A DNA stretch of 62,922 nt, the filler included, from Reticulomyxa filosa (lineage: Eukaryota > Protista > Foraminifera): assembly GCA_000512085.1 (NCBI GenBank). It is 15 parts of 15 records of this genome, joined end to end, with 100 filler letters (N's around TTAATTAATTAA, not from the genome) between each part and the next. Parts side by side here need not be neighbours in the genome. Positions count along the whole stretch, not along the records: positions 46,454 to 60,203 come from ASPP01026252.1; positions 60,304 to 61,615 come from ASPP01000737.1; positions 61,716 to 62,922 come from ASPP01026676.1; 12 more parts are not named here. One strand, 5' to 3'. Numbering within the stretch: the stretch's first letter is position 1; the number at the start of each line of letters is the position of its first letter. Made by a program: the position numbers and the translations under genes. A model generated the notes under the pieces. It was not told where the DNA came from. It did not search any database and saw only the letters and a list, made by a program, of their open reading frames with translations. Positions 50,364 to 62,922 of this stretch are shown piece after piece.

Positions 50364-52497
50364 TTAGCCCAACTTTTGATTGAATCTCCGTACATAATCT
50401 TTTCCAAGTCTGTCAATTTCATGTTTCCACTTTTTGGTCCACTTGGCATCAAGTCCGAGATGCTCTGTAACTGCATTTCGCAGCATTTTTTTGCTAAAGC
50501 CTTTTTTATTTTGGACCGAATCGAGAATGTTGTCCACGCACTGCTTCATTTGTTCTTCATTCCATTCCTCGTTCATAGCATATGTGTTGCATGCGATTGC
50601 TTCAATGTCCGACTCGCGCATTGTCATGATGGCACATTGTTTGTAGTTATCATCAATATCCGTGTCCGTGTCGCTATTTAAACCCCTGGCCAAAGTGATT
50701 ATGGGAAAGTCAGGGATAGTTCCTTCATTGGAATCCATCGTGGTGGTCACTACATTAAGTTTGGTATCGCCATGGTTCAGAAAAGGGTTATTGTCGTTGT
50801 TGCTGCCATTGTCATTGTCATTGTCATCAAAAGTGGATACCGCAAGGGAGGGATACGATACTATCCTCATGTCACTCCAAGCCGTGTCCCAATTTTCAAT
50901 TTGCTTGCCATGTTTCAGCTGTTTCCGTTGCTGTGGCATACCTTTCCCAACAGTTGTCGTTGCTGTTGTTGTTGTTGTTGCTGCCGTCGGTCCTTTCGAC
51001 CTGGCCAAGTACTGGTTCAGAATCTTGGCGAGCATGTTGGCATGAGCGGGATGCTTTTTGGAAATGTTGTAGTACTTGCCGCCAAGCGAAGTCGCAGGGA
51101 TATGAATGGGTTCAATGGAAAAGGCTTTATCAACAAGCCAGTAATATTCTTTGGCTCTTTTCTACCCTTTTTTCCCCACGAGTACTCGCATGTTCTCGAT
51201 CATGCATCTCATGGTCATCTCCGTCCCTGTCCTCATTTGCATCCTTGTTAATATTAATATTAATATCAATATCTTCATCTCTGTTTTTTCCTCTTTCTTC
51301 TTCCTCTAATTTTTTTAATTTTTCCGATTCTTCCATTTCTTCTTCATCTTCCTTCTCGTTCTTGTTCCCATTCCTATCTTTATTTTCATCTTCACCTTCA
51401 TTATTATCATTATCACTATAATCATCATTACCATCATTGTTATTACCATCATTGTCATTACCATCATTGTCATTATCATCATTATCATTTCCATCTCTCA
51501 AATCACGCACGGGGTGAGCTCCGACCCATTTGCTGTTCCATTGGCTCGTCGACGCATACACATGGACAAAGCCGATGACGCAGTTGGCACTGTGCAAGCA
51601 GTCGTGGAGCACCGGCAGCATCGCGTGCATTTCGCGCAGCATTTGCGTCGAGTGCTCGACCTTGGCCGACTTGTGTCTCTTATGCAAGGGAGGCGGCAGT
51701 CGTACGGCGAACCAATAGCCGTTTGTGTGTTCGGCACTCTCAAACGCATGTTTGTAAGGGAACACTGGGAGGATTCCGTGCACGACACCATGCGCCCAGG
51801 GTTGCCAAAGGGTCAATGCCAATATGTCATTTTCCGTCACAAACAATAGACGTCCGTCATTGTTATCTTTTTCGTTGACATTTATTTGGGGGTTTGAATT
51901 TGAGTTCAAGTTTGAGTTTGAGTTTGAGTTTGAGTTTGAGTTTAAGTTTAAGTTTAAATTTAAGTTTAAGTTTAAGTTTGTGTTTGTGTTTGACAATGTT
52001 ATGTCTTCATGGACTTGTTGGGTTGATATTGGATTGAGGAATACAAAATCATCCATTTGGGATTGATATTTTGGCTGAGATTGAAATATTTCCAAATCTT
52101 CTATTTCTGCTTCTTCTTCTTCTTCTTCTTCTCTTGCATGTGTTGCCATGTAATGCTGCAGTGACAAAATGGTCACTCCTGGCCACACTGTCCACATCTC
52201 TTTCGATGATTCTGTTCTCAATGCTTGTGGGTACAGGTATATCGACCTTTCTTCGTCCAGTCTTGGCAAGTGCCTAAATTGCTCGAATTCAGTCACGCTC
52301 TTGCTCAATGGAATTGCTGGACATGGCATCCACACTTGCTTGTTGTCGATCGTATGGAACAGCGGAACAAACTGCCGGCTAAGGCTTTTTCTTCCCTTTT
52401 CTGCGGTTGTCATCTCACTCGCGCTAGTAGCAACACATATATACGTCTTGAGAAATAAATTTGAGGTCCGGAACTGCCAATCCATCCGGTTAACCAC
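50364..52497 (-). CDS. ASCH-domain + DEK-C-like protein (one homopolymer frameshift ~51170)
   Basis: ALTLWQPWAHGVVHG...VIGFVHV...; after the slip, YYWLVDKAFSIEPIHIP (ASCH C-terminus). C-terminal EEQMKQCVDNIL...SKKMLRNAVTEHLGLD...KHEID (DEK-C-like). Confidence 0.6.
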
Positions 52498-52882
52498 CGC
52501 AAGGGATTTTTTGTAACCGAAGTGATGACATGAACATTTCTGGCTGAACCTTCATTCTTTTTTCACACACTACCCTCAAACCCCAAACCACATATCGCAC
52601 AAAACTTAAGTATCGAAATGTTCTAAGTTGCAAAAGGTCTCTCTGCTTATGTGAATATTTCATACTATTGAAAAAAAACACTTGAAAAATTTCAGCTTTT
52701 CAAGCATTTAATTTTTCAAATCTAACGAGAGTTGGGTCGGGTATCTTAAGCTGGAAATTGTGTTGATGTAGCCACTTTTACAGGGATATTAAAAAATAAA
52801 AATGTGCATGTTTTTCTCAAATAATAACAAAAGCAGAGTATTTCAATATAGAACTCACGCGTATAAAGTGGTGCTGTTTTGA

Positions 52883-54903
52883 ATGAAACAGAACAATTTT
52901 TACTTTAACAAAATATTGTTTATACTTTGGATAAGTGCATTATTATGGTGTAACAGCCTGGAAATACTTGTACGTCCTTCAAGGACAAAAAACTGTACTT
53001 TCCCAAGAAACAGAACCAAAAAGGTAAATCTCGTGTGTTTAGCTGTGATCCCTGACTCCAAATGTGTTCTTCTTCGAGTATGTGGCCATGCCTTCGAGGA
53101 ATGAGTTCTCCTCGTGCACGAACCTTCGGCAAAAAGCTTGATTTAACCAAAACGAACTCGCTTTGCCCGTTTTTATGCGTTGGTGTTTACACGATCTGTT
53201 GCGTTGGAGTGATGTATATAGTCCTTGCAATTTTTATGGATCTAATTCTGTTTTGTTCGCAGTCACTTGCGAAGTTATCCACGCCGCACACGGATGAAAC
53301 ATATTCACAAGTTTTCCACGATGCCCGACCCAGTCTCAGAGAAAGGATATTCAATGGGCAGTTGTTGGAAAATAACACACTAACAAATGTGCTAGTGTCG
53401 GAATTGTTGGCCGAAAATTACGAAAACATTGTATTTTCGCCTTTTTATTTGGAATATGTGCTGAGTGTTGCATTTGCAGGGGCTCGAAAGCACACCTTAC
53501 AAGAATATTCAAAAGTGGTTTTTAATTGCGGAAGCGATACTTCGCCTGTTGTAAGTTTTTTTTTTTTTTTGATGCACATACATATATTTGTGCATTTTGA
53601 GATCTCTTATAAAAAGGATCATAATTATTATTTTGGAAGAACCATTCTTTTAATAAAAAAAAAAAAAAATAACCTTTTTGTTTAATTTGATTTAACCTTT
53701 TTAATAATTCTTTGTTTTAAAAAAATTTTTTTTAATGATAATAATGTCTGGGTGGGAGGACTAGAATTTGGTATACAAAATGATCGACTATTCATTAAAT
53801 TGGATGGCCTTGTCGAATAGTTACAACTATTCATATGGAACACGAAAAGCGAGCATTTTTGGAAAATCCCCACCTTTCCTGTTGGCAGAGAACCGAATGT
53901 ATACCGTTACCGATTACTTGGAACCCAGCTTTTTGGAAACGTTTGGACGAATTGTTTCAGATAACATAACCGATTTATACTTGACCGAGGAAGAAAATAT
54001 TCTACGTACCCGCGATTGGGTACAGCGGGAAACCGGACAGGCAATACAGTACATAAACAGCCCAGCCACTTTTGGTATTATTCTAAGCATAAATGCAGTG
54101 CGTTTTGAAGGCACTTTTGACATACCTTTTGTAATGGTAGACTCTCAAAATCGTATTCCATTTTATATTGATTATAAACGCGATCGTGTCCAGGACAACG
54201 CACAAGTACAAATGCTGTGCAACAAACAAGTCTCAGCACACTATTTTTTGCAATACAAAGAATATGAAATGATCAAATTAAACTATGCATATTCCTATTT
54301 TTCCTTAATTTTGGCAAAGCCAATTAAAAGCAATTATGACACGATCAGGTAAAGATGGTTAAATTCGTGTATATCTACGTATAGAGAAGAAAGGGGGAAG
54401 GTAGAAAAGGGGAGGTAAAGCCACTTTTTAAAAAAAAATTACAGCGTAAAAGATCTAAAGTCGTTGCAGTGGACAAAATCGACGATGAACGTATGCCTGC
54501 CAAAACTAAAAATAGAGTTTGAAAATGACCTAGCACATGTTTTGAAAAATAGTGCCGGAATGGCAGGAGCATTCGATCCTCTGCTTGCTGATTTCAGTGG
54601 TATTTCGTCTTTTCCAAATGGCAAGGTTTGTAAAAATGTCCATCGTAACTAACACTCAAAACTGAGAAAAATATAGATTGTTTTGGAATATTGTGTTTAC
54701 AGCAATTGTACATGAGCTCAGTTCTACATAAAGCAACTGTAGTAATTGACGGAGTTGGAATAAGTAATGCGGAAGTGGATTTGCCATCAGTTAGCGGAAG
54801 TATTCCTGCAATTCGCTTTGATTATCCTTTTCATTTGTTTATTTGGGATGAAAAGAATAACATTATTTTGTTTGCAGGCCATGTTAACTATCCAACCATT
54901 TAG
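52883..54903 (+). CDS. secreted serpin, 5 exons, non-inhibitory-type hinge
   Basis: A signal-peptide exon (52883-53023) splices in phase 0 to 53263. Motifs NIVFSP, AGARKHT, NAVRFEG, LPKLKI, ADFSGI, VLHKA and FDYPF...FAGHV.YP. Confidence 0.88.
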
Positions 54904-55454
54904 AATAAAGTGATGCTAAGAAGTAGGCTCAAGCATCATTTTTCCTTTTTTTTTTCTTTTTTTTTTCCCAATGTTGGCAACATTTTGTGTTGGTAGTCGA
55001 AGAGTTTTGACTGTCTGTGTGACACTTCATCAACCTTTTTAGGATGAAGAACATTCGGTCACAAACCGAAAAATCGATAAACACAAAAATTTGGACTATT
55101 GGCTTTGGTTTGAATCTTTTTTAATAAAAATAAGCGAAAAAGCTTTCTGGTCGAATTTCGTTTACGAATTTAATGCAAAAATTTTTTGGAATTAATATTT
55201 GAATGATTGCATACTGACTTGCAAGTTCATAGATGACCAATCCGAATTCACTTAAATATAAATTGTTTTTTGTATTTTGTCAAATAGGACCAACTAATTT
55301 TTGTCTTGGTTAATTGTCCAATGTAACTTATAAAAAAAAGCAGAAAGATAAATTAACAATTGTTTTCCATTACTTTTTTTGCACAAAGTGTAATTTTAAT
55401 GACTAATCTTTGGACGGATCTACTTGACTGTGTCTTCCTTTGACAATACACATT

Positions 55455-57239
55455 TCATCTGTTGTCAGCGTAAGTGTCATCAACGGTGAAGAAGTTATCA
55501 TCAGCTAAAAGATCACGAATATTGGAGTCAATAATCGCTTGTCTTTCGTATATTTCCTCTGCAGTGAAATGTTCAGAGGATGGAAAATTTGGAGTGGGTA
55601 AATCAATGTTATCCGTTGTTGATGATTGATCATCTCCTTCAGACATTGCTGATAGTGCACTTACATTATGAATATCTTGGTGAGCATATCGCCTCTTTGG
55701 TCTCTCTGTAAAATCAATCAGGTCTACATCTTGAGGCTGTTGCAATAGTACTTTTTTCCCTAAGAATGTAATACCATTGGATTTTCGTTTGGCTTTACCC
55801 GCACGAATTTGCTTGATTCTTTGTATCTCGCGAGTCAATTCTTTTTTAAGTCGATTTATTTTGTTTTTCTCTTCGTAACTTTCGTCGTCATCATGAAAAG
55901 ACAGACACACTTCTTTCAATACATTTATCGACAATATGTGATCGTGTCTTCGCAAATATTCCTCCACTGCAGGTGGTGTTTTTGCACGTTCGTCGAAGAG
56001 GTTTTGTTGATTCAGTTCGAGAGCAGGTTGAAGCATTACTATGTTGCCTTCATTGCTGTTAATCTTTTCGTAGATTTTAGTCCAAAATTCCTCTTTTTTT
56101 GTATGCTCAGCTCTCATCCTCGCCTTTACTTCTTCGTCTATATGCAAGCGTCGTTGTATCCTATTATCTCTACCGTCTATTCATTTTCACATAAACATAA
56201 CCATCCAGTGTTCCAAATTGCAAAAAAAAAAAAAAAGCAGCTGAAAAAAGTAAACAGATCGAGAATGTCCTCTTTTTTTTTTCTCTCCCCTCTCCCTAGT
56301 TTACTTCTCCTTCAACTTTGTTGGTTAAGTGGATCTTGGACTATTGCCTGGTTCTCACTGATGTCTGATTCCTGTATTTTTTTTATTTAAAATCAAAACA
56401 CTTGAAAAAAAAAGACAAAGAAAAATGAATATCACTTACGCTGAATGATAAGCCTTCATTCGTCTTATATGACAAATCTTCTTGCTGTGCTCTCGCCTGG
56501 TATTGCTTTGTGTCACCAAAAAGTTGCCGATTATGAAAATATGCTAACGAGGGAGAAGCGACTTGCTGTTCGTTGATCTGTCGATTATCGTAGTCATTCC
56601 AACTTATTGATTCTCTTCCAAGAGAGAATTTTCGCATTAGCTGTTGTTCCTTTGGTCCTATTTGTGAACAAAGTTTTCATTAGTATTATTCATTTCGTTT
56701 GTTTTTGTTATTACTGTTAATTTTTTTTTTTTTTTTTTTTGATAAAACTGTTATCAATGATAGATTTAGGATTGGCACTTGTATCCAAAACAGGGGTTGT
56801 CAATTGGCTTCGCTGTCAACCTTTCCAGATTCTGTCGATTGGGATGACGATTTGCTGTGTCCACTGTTGTTGAAAGTAGGCTGTCGTTTTGCGCGGCACC
56901 GTCGATCAACTGATCTGCCACAGTGTCGTCACGTCTGCCAATTTCTACTTCCTGTTCATTTTTGTATCGAAAAACAAAAGAATTAACTACTCAAAAAAGA
57001 CGTAACATTTCTTTTTTTGCATTTTTCGAGTGAACAAGAAAACACGTCATAACTTCCACTTCTTTTTCTTCAATGGATTGTGGAATACCAAATGTTTCCA
57101 CTTCGTTGCCCCTTTTGTCTTCCAACGTATGATTTTCCTCTTTGGAATTGTCGTTCCCGTTGGCATTGTTGCTGCGTAATGGATCTATCACATCTTCCCC
57201 ACTACCATTCATCCTACGTCTCTTTGGTTCTTGTTCCAT
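55455..57239 (-). CDS. hypothetical, probably nuclear protein (N-terminal PKRRR), multi-exon
   Basis: Collinear minus-strand ORFs separated by GT-AG simple-repeat introns. No family recognised. Confidence 0.55.
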
Positions 57240-58542
57240 CGATGACGATCGTAGATAGGATAAGTTTCGTTTGCTCGCTTTTCTTTGCCTTTCCTTTACA
57301 TTCAGAGTTTTTGTTGATGTTTTTCACAGACCAAGGAAGGAAGAGAATCGTGTAGAAACGCCAAACATTTTTTTTAACTGTAATAAAAAAAAAATAAAAA
57401 AATGGACCACTACTTGTGTGTACACGTCTTTTTTTTTCTTTTCAACTGGTTTTTGTCTTGGCGGAAGCTGCTCTTTTTGTTTTAGACTTGATGAAAAATT
57501 TGTTGAAGACACAATGTGAGATACTCTCTCTCCGTGCCGCTGCTGTATTCATCAAAAAAAAACTCTTGGCGAGATAGCAACCCTCTAACAGTAACAAACA
57601 GAAAATGTATTTATTTTTAAAGAAAGCACTTGTGCTGCCATTTCGACGCTTGATACTTTTTCTTTGTGCATTCACCTCATCCCTTTTTTTTAAAGTGCTG
57701 TTCGTCTTTGGATAATTTTCTAATACTGTTTTCTTATCTTTTTTCCTTGAAACAGCAATGTACGGTGCACACAAAATACTTAGTGATGAACAAGCCAATC
57801 ACCCTTATTCCTCTTTTTGATTTTGCTATATCATGTGTTATTTGAAACTACACTTGATTCGATTCAACTGAAGGATTATCATTCAAGTCGTCAAATTGGT
57901 TGTTATTCTATTATTTAATTCATTTTGTTTTTATTGAAATTTCGTCCAAAAATAGCTACCTTTCGTATTACACTTTGTGCTACTGGTACTGTTTCCTGTA
58001 AGACTGCTTTTTGATTATCAATGTTTGGCTTTCATTTTGCCTTGTTGAATATGTACCGAAAATATGTTATCAATAAAAAATATTGCAAATTTGATATCGT
58101 GTTTCAAGGAATTATTGAGAAAAGAATTGTTTCTTTTAGGAGGCTAGGACCCTCTCTGTAAAACTTAACATTAAGTACTTTTTTGAAATAAATATTTGAA
58201 AGTGCTCCCCTTTGATTATGCAAGGTAATGATAGCGGTTATGCCGATGATAAAAAATTAAAAGCTGTTTTGGTCAATGAATGTGTATTTGTTGTTTCCAT
58301 AACTCTATGGTCATCAATTGGAACAAACTTTATTTGAATTTTAACAAAACCATTTACCGAGCCATTACAAAATATGTTTTGTAAGCCAAAAATGTTTTTG
58401 GTTGAATTGAGAACCGTTCAAAAACAATTAAAGCAACAAAACAATAAGCTTCTTTTAATGCACTTTTGTTTCCTTGTAAAAATGCACTGTTCTCAAAGAA
58501 ATTTGAGTTGTCCAGTTGCTCAACACAACCAATCAGTCCTCA

Positions 58543-60108
58543 CTACTCCGTGCGTGACTCTGAACCAGTGTTGCTCGCGTCCGAGTATACACTCTCCGCG
58601 TCACTGTAGTCATCAACCTCAAAAGATGACTCCGAAGTTCCTCTTTCTTCATCCGCTCGAAATGAATGCGAGACATCCCCTCTTCTCTTGTCAATTAGTA
58701 CAATTCGAAGATTGGTTTCATTGCTCATGCTTTCAATGAAAGCACTGACGTTCCCAATAGCAGTTAAGTCAACCCATTGACTTTGGGTGTCTTTGCGGGT
58801 AAACTCGCATTCAAAGGATATCGGATAAAATGAGTGGACCGTGTCTGGTCCTCGCAAGACACAGACATGAAGCAGAAGTCGATGTCTGAGCTCACTGCGT
58901 TTTTCCAAAACCAGTCTCAGCTTCAGCCGCGCATGGTCAGTGCCGTTTTTATTTTCATTTTTTTCTTTGATTTGTTTGATTTCCACAAACCAGCAATAAT
59001 GCAATGCATGAAATGGTCGTGAGTATATTATGCCTTCGTTGTCAAACGCTTGACCCTTGTTTTGATATATTGACATATATATACATACATATGTGTATAT
59101 GTATGCACAGTCCAAAGTATGAATCCGTTTGAAGAAATGGAAAAACATATTTGCATTATTTTTGTTTTGTTTTGTTTTGTTTTTGAAAGTTGTGAATTAA
59201 CTGCCTCCAAAATGACATCTCTTGTTACAATGTTTCGACATCGACTTTCCCAAATTTTACTGATTTCGACATATTTGCTATCGGTTTGTTTAATTTTCTC
59301 TCTCTCATCATTTTCGCGCATCTTCTTAGCGACCACTTGCGTGAGCAATTGTGAGGCAGGTAAACCTTTTGTCTTGCAATCGTGTTTTGATCGATCTTTT
59401 GCCAATCCCTTCCAATCGCATCCCAACGGTTCGTATCTGCACACTGTCATGCGATATTTGCATTCTTGTTCAATGTGCTGTTTCAAAAAAGCAAACTGAA
59501 ATTTGGCTTTGCACGGTTCATTAATGCATGGCATCTCCAATGATGCCAAATACTTTTCAGCTAAATGGTTTCGTGCAGGAGCACGACGGGAGACACGAAC
59601 ACGACAAACTGGGCAAATTGAATTTTTCGATTCACGTATCCTTTTTTTTTTTTTTTTATATATATGTGTGTGTGTTTTTTTTTCTTATGATAACAGTATC
59701 AATTTGAAAACTTTCGGATTAACCAGTTTTTGTTAACTGCTTATTGCACTGTCGGCACAAAAAGTGTCCATTTAAACATTGGTAAATATGATTCGATGGC
59801 AACTCTTTGCATATCACACATTCTACATACCACATATACACACACACACGCATTGTTCAAACAACACTCAATTCAATCTTGTATCATGCCAAAAAACAAA
59901 ACTCTCTTACAACTGACTCCTTATACAAACCTAGTTCCTCCATTGCAATTGCATCCACCAATTTTTGATTGGTGAGATTTCTTTGATCCCTTTTTTTCTT
60001 TTCAACTCCGACACCATTTTCAACCATGCTATCTACTGTCTCATTTGTGTCGCTGCACGACACAGGCTGGCTTAAGTTGCCTCCATTGTCTTTGTTCTCA
60101 TTTGCCAT
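58543..60108 (-). CDS. CYHR1: cysteine/histidine-rich protein 1 (ZFTRAF1) homolog: RING + TRAF zinc finger
   Basis: CVICKELP..IYQCLNGH...CPVCR...RNHLAEK, HIEQECKYR...CRYEPLGCDWKG, and C-terminal VLRGP...FYP...FT...NLRIVL, matching the CYHR1 layout. Confidence 0.75.
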
Positions 60109-60164
60109 TTTTCGTCTTTTTGAGGGTCCTCTATCTTTTTTATTTTTTTGTTGGTTGATGTGAA

Positions 60165-60203
<39 letters not shown>

Positions 60204-60303
60204 NNNNNNNNNNNNNNNNNNNNNNNNNNNNNNNNNNNNNNNNNNNNTTAATTAATTAANNNNNNNNNNNNNNNNNNNNNNNNNNNNNNNNNNNNNNNNN
60301 NNN
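60204..60303. other. artificial contig linker
   Basis: N44-TTAATTAATTAA-N44. Confidence 0.97.
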
Positions 60304-61059
60304 GCTATTGCGCAAAGGAAGAAAAATGAGCTTCAAGTTATTAACAAAGAAATGGATTGTGTTGGTCCACACAAACAAGTAACATATATATCAAGACTGA
60401 TTTGCGTCAAGAAAATGGGTCAAAAGATCAAAACAAAAACTTGAAAAAGGATGTTTGGAAGAGCCAATAATGAATAAAAAAAAGGTGTTTCAGTCATTTA
60501 TTGTAATTGAATAGTTCAATAGGAGATGTACATACATTGTGTGTTTTTAAGTCAACAGCCAAAAAAACAACGTAAGTTCTTAAAGTATTGACTTTCATGG
60601 CTTTATCCAAGGAAGGAAAAAAAAAAAAAGAAAAGAAAAACAGACAGCAAAAAACACAGGGCAAATCACAATGAAAACATCCATCTCCACAATGTATTTA
60701 ACAACCACAAAAACAGTACTTTACAAATACTCCACGCAAAATAAAAAAGGACGGAGAAACTGATAAAATAAAGTAAACAAAACAAAATGAAGGAAAACAA
60801 GAGCAAAATGAAATTTGTTTGCCTTAACAAAAAAAAAAAGTATGATGTTTGCAACATGAAAACAGCAAACAAACAAATAAGAACAATTTGTTTGATTGAC
60901 TTAATGATGGATGTATTTCGACAACAACAACAATAATAATAATAATAATAACAACAAAAAGAGTGTACGTATTTGTGTGTTTGTATGAACATTGTAAGAG
61001 AACTGGAAATAAAAGAGAGGAGGAAAAACAGAGAGAGAGAGAGGAGAGAAGAAAAGCAA

Positions 61060-61595
61060 TTAATGTTCATTGAGCAGAGGATTTTTGTTGGCAGACTCAG
61101 TAACGGGGACGGCAACGTTGGCAGGCAGCCCATTGATTGGAGCGGCTTTTGGACTACGATGATCGCCATTGCGTAGGACTCCATTGTTGGCATGTCCGTC
61201 CTCCAGTAGACTGGAGCCACTTGCACCTGCTTTAGAGTTGTGATATTGTTTCAATTTTTGCACTGATTCCCTGGCATGTGGAGGATGGCCTTTGGAAGGG
61301 GGCTTTTCTTTCTTGGCCTCGTCGGGGATGCTTCCACTACGTCTGCTTCTGTCTTTGTCCTCTCTTTTCGATCGTTGTTGCCAGCCTTCACCCTCCTTCT
61401 TTTCCTCTCTATCTCCACCGTCATCCTTGTTGCTGCTGCTTCTGCGTTTTTCGCGGGTTGTCACTTTCACGTTCCCTCCAAAGATGTCATTCGTGCTAAT
61501 CACTGTGCGATCTGCCGCCGCAACTGCTCGAACGAACGAGCTGGTACTACTTAAATTCGGTTTTGGATGTCCTAGTTTTATTATTAATGATGAAC
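61060..61595 (-). CDS. last exon of a hypothetical charged low-complexity protein
   Basis: Open frame from an AG acceptor near the gap to NPLLNEH*, with coding-like composition. Confidence 0.45.
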
Positions 61596-61615
61596 CTATT
61601 TTTTTTTTTTTTTTT

Positions 61616-61715
61616 NNNNNNNNNNNNNNNNNNNNNNNNNNNNNNNNNNNNNNNNNNNNTTAATTAATTAANNNNNNNNNNNNNNNNNNNNNNNNNNNNN
61701 NNNNNNNNNNNNNNN
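61616..61715. other. artificial contig linker
   Basis: N44-TTAATTAATTAA-N44. Confidence 0.97.
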
Positions 61716-62858
61716 CCTATCCGATCACACCGAGGCGTCTCGGTCTCAAGTTTTACAATACCAGGCCGTCCAAGCTCTTCCGATGCACGGGCATTCTGCC
61801 AAAGAAAGATAAGGATAAGGATAAGAACAATGATAAGGATAAGAATAAGGAGGATCAAAATGATGAAAAAAAAGGACAGTCGCAAGAAACATATGACTAT
61901 AAAAACAAAGACATTGTCGTGGTTGATATCGCATCTCAAGACTTTTCTCCAGCATCGCCTCGCTTTTCACCTGACAAGACTAAATTGATTTATCTAACCA
62001 CAAACAAGTTTGATATACGTATACGTAATATCTTTTTATTTTGGAATTGAACTTTTTTTTTTTCTCTTTAAAAAAAGGGGACCCGTATTGTTTATGTGTT
62101 GTTGATGATATTGGGTAAGGACTCCGACCCATCGCGCGGCGTCTCGCTTGCGTTGTATAGAATGGGCCACTTCTTCTGGCTCTTTGCAGAAATGGTCGGA
62201 CGCGAAAACAGTGATCGATATCCCCGACACGGTGACCAGCACCGACGTGATCGACAAGAAGGCGTTCCCCGGGGTCTACAGCACGTTTGAGACGGAGCTG
62301 TGTCCTCGCTGTTTCATCAGCAACGACGAGGTGGTGCTTTCCACCATCTGGGGACATTGCGTGGCGTTGCTGCGAGTGAACGTCGCCACCAAACAGTGGA
62401 CGCGCGTCGACACGCAGTCGTGGTTCGCATCGGCGTTGCGAAAGTGCGACCAAGAAATTGCCAGAAATGTCGTCGTGATCGACTGTTGTGCCGCGCAGTC
62501 GGAAGTGCTGTTCGCAGTGAACTCGCTCCAACGCGTCGAGAGCGCACATATATGGAAGTGCTCTGACAATCTGCTGTATCCATTGGCCTCCTCCGCCGTC
62601 GCCGACTCGACCTTGGAAGACATTGGCTGTCCACATTTTGAAACTCACGTGCTGCACAACGTGTGTGCCGATGACGACACGTGCAAATTCGAGGCGCTAT
62701 ACTTTCAGCCGGGAAAAGGCAACACTGCCAGTCGAGAGCTGTTTCAAAAAGACCCTGTCATCATTTTAATACCACACGGAGGTCCGCACTCGGCTGTTAG
62801 TCCCGGATGGAGTGGCGAAATCGCCGCTTTTTTAACCCAAGGCTATGCTGTCATTTGT
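61716..62858 (+). CDS. APEH: acylamino-acid-releasing enzyme (peptidase S9C), internal fragment
   Basis: SPRFSPDKTKLIYL, FPGVY, PRCF, PVIILIPHGGPHS and GYAVIC|GT. The catalytic Ser lies beyond the window. Confidence 0.8.
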
Positions 62859-62922
62859 GTTACGTTCTATTAACCATTACAATCGTGTAACGGTCCTTTC
62901 TTCATTTATATATATATATATA

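Overview
AT-rich, intron-containing eukaryotic (protist) DNA. The window is not one continuous locus. It is 15 assembly pieces joined by an artificial 100-bp linker (N44-TTAATTAATTAA-N44), so adjacency across gaps is unproven. The WD40 and caspase-like family signatures and the short simple-repeat-rich GT-AG introns resemble the foraminiferan Reticulomyxa filosa (inferred from recalled family style, not from a search). Recognisable genes: an RGS-domain 3' end, a 7TM receptor-like protein, LipB, a PKG-like kinase, a SAM methyltransferase, a G-alpha subunit, SINA-like and C3HC4 RING E3s, NPHP4, SRP54, an aldo-keto reductase-like protein, a BAHD-type transferase, GPKOW/Spp2, a serpin, CYHR1 and acylpeptide hydrolase, plus WD40 and histone H3 pseudogenes. 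The most unusual items are: (1) an intron-bearing RelA/SpoT-synthetase-like domain followed by ankyrin-like repeats; (2) an apparently catalytically dead AKR with a signal peptide and C-terminal REDL; (3) an ASCH + DEK-C fusion; (4) two complementary histone H3 halves on opposite strands; (5) a PKG-like kinase with two degenerate cNMP pockets; (6) a secreted serpin with a non-inhibitory hinge. Several single-base frameshifts sit in homopolymers and are probably sequencing errors. All domain calls are by eye.
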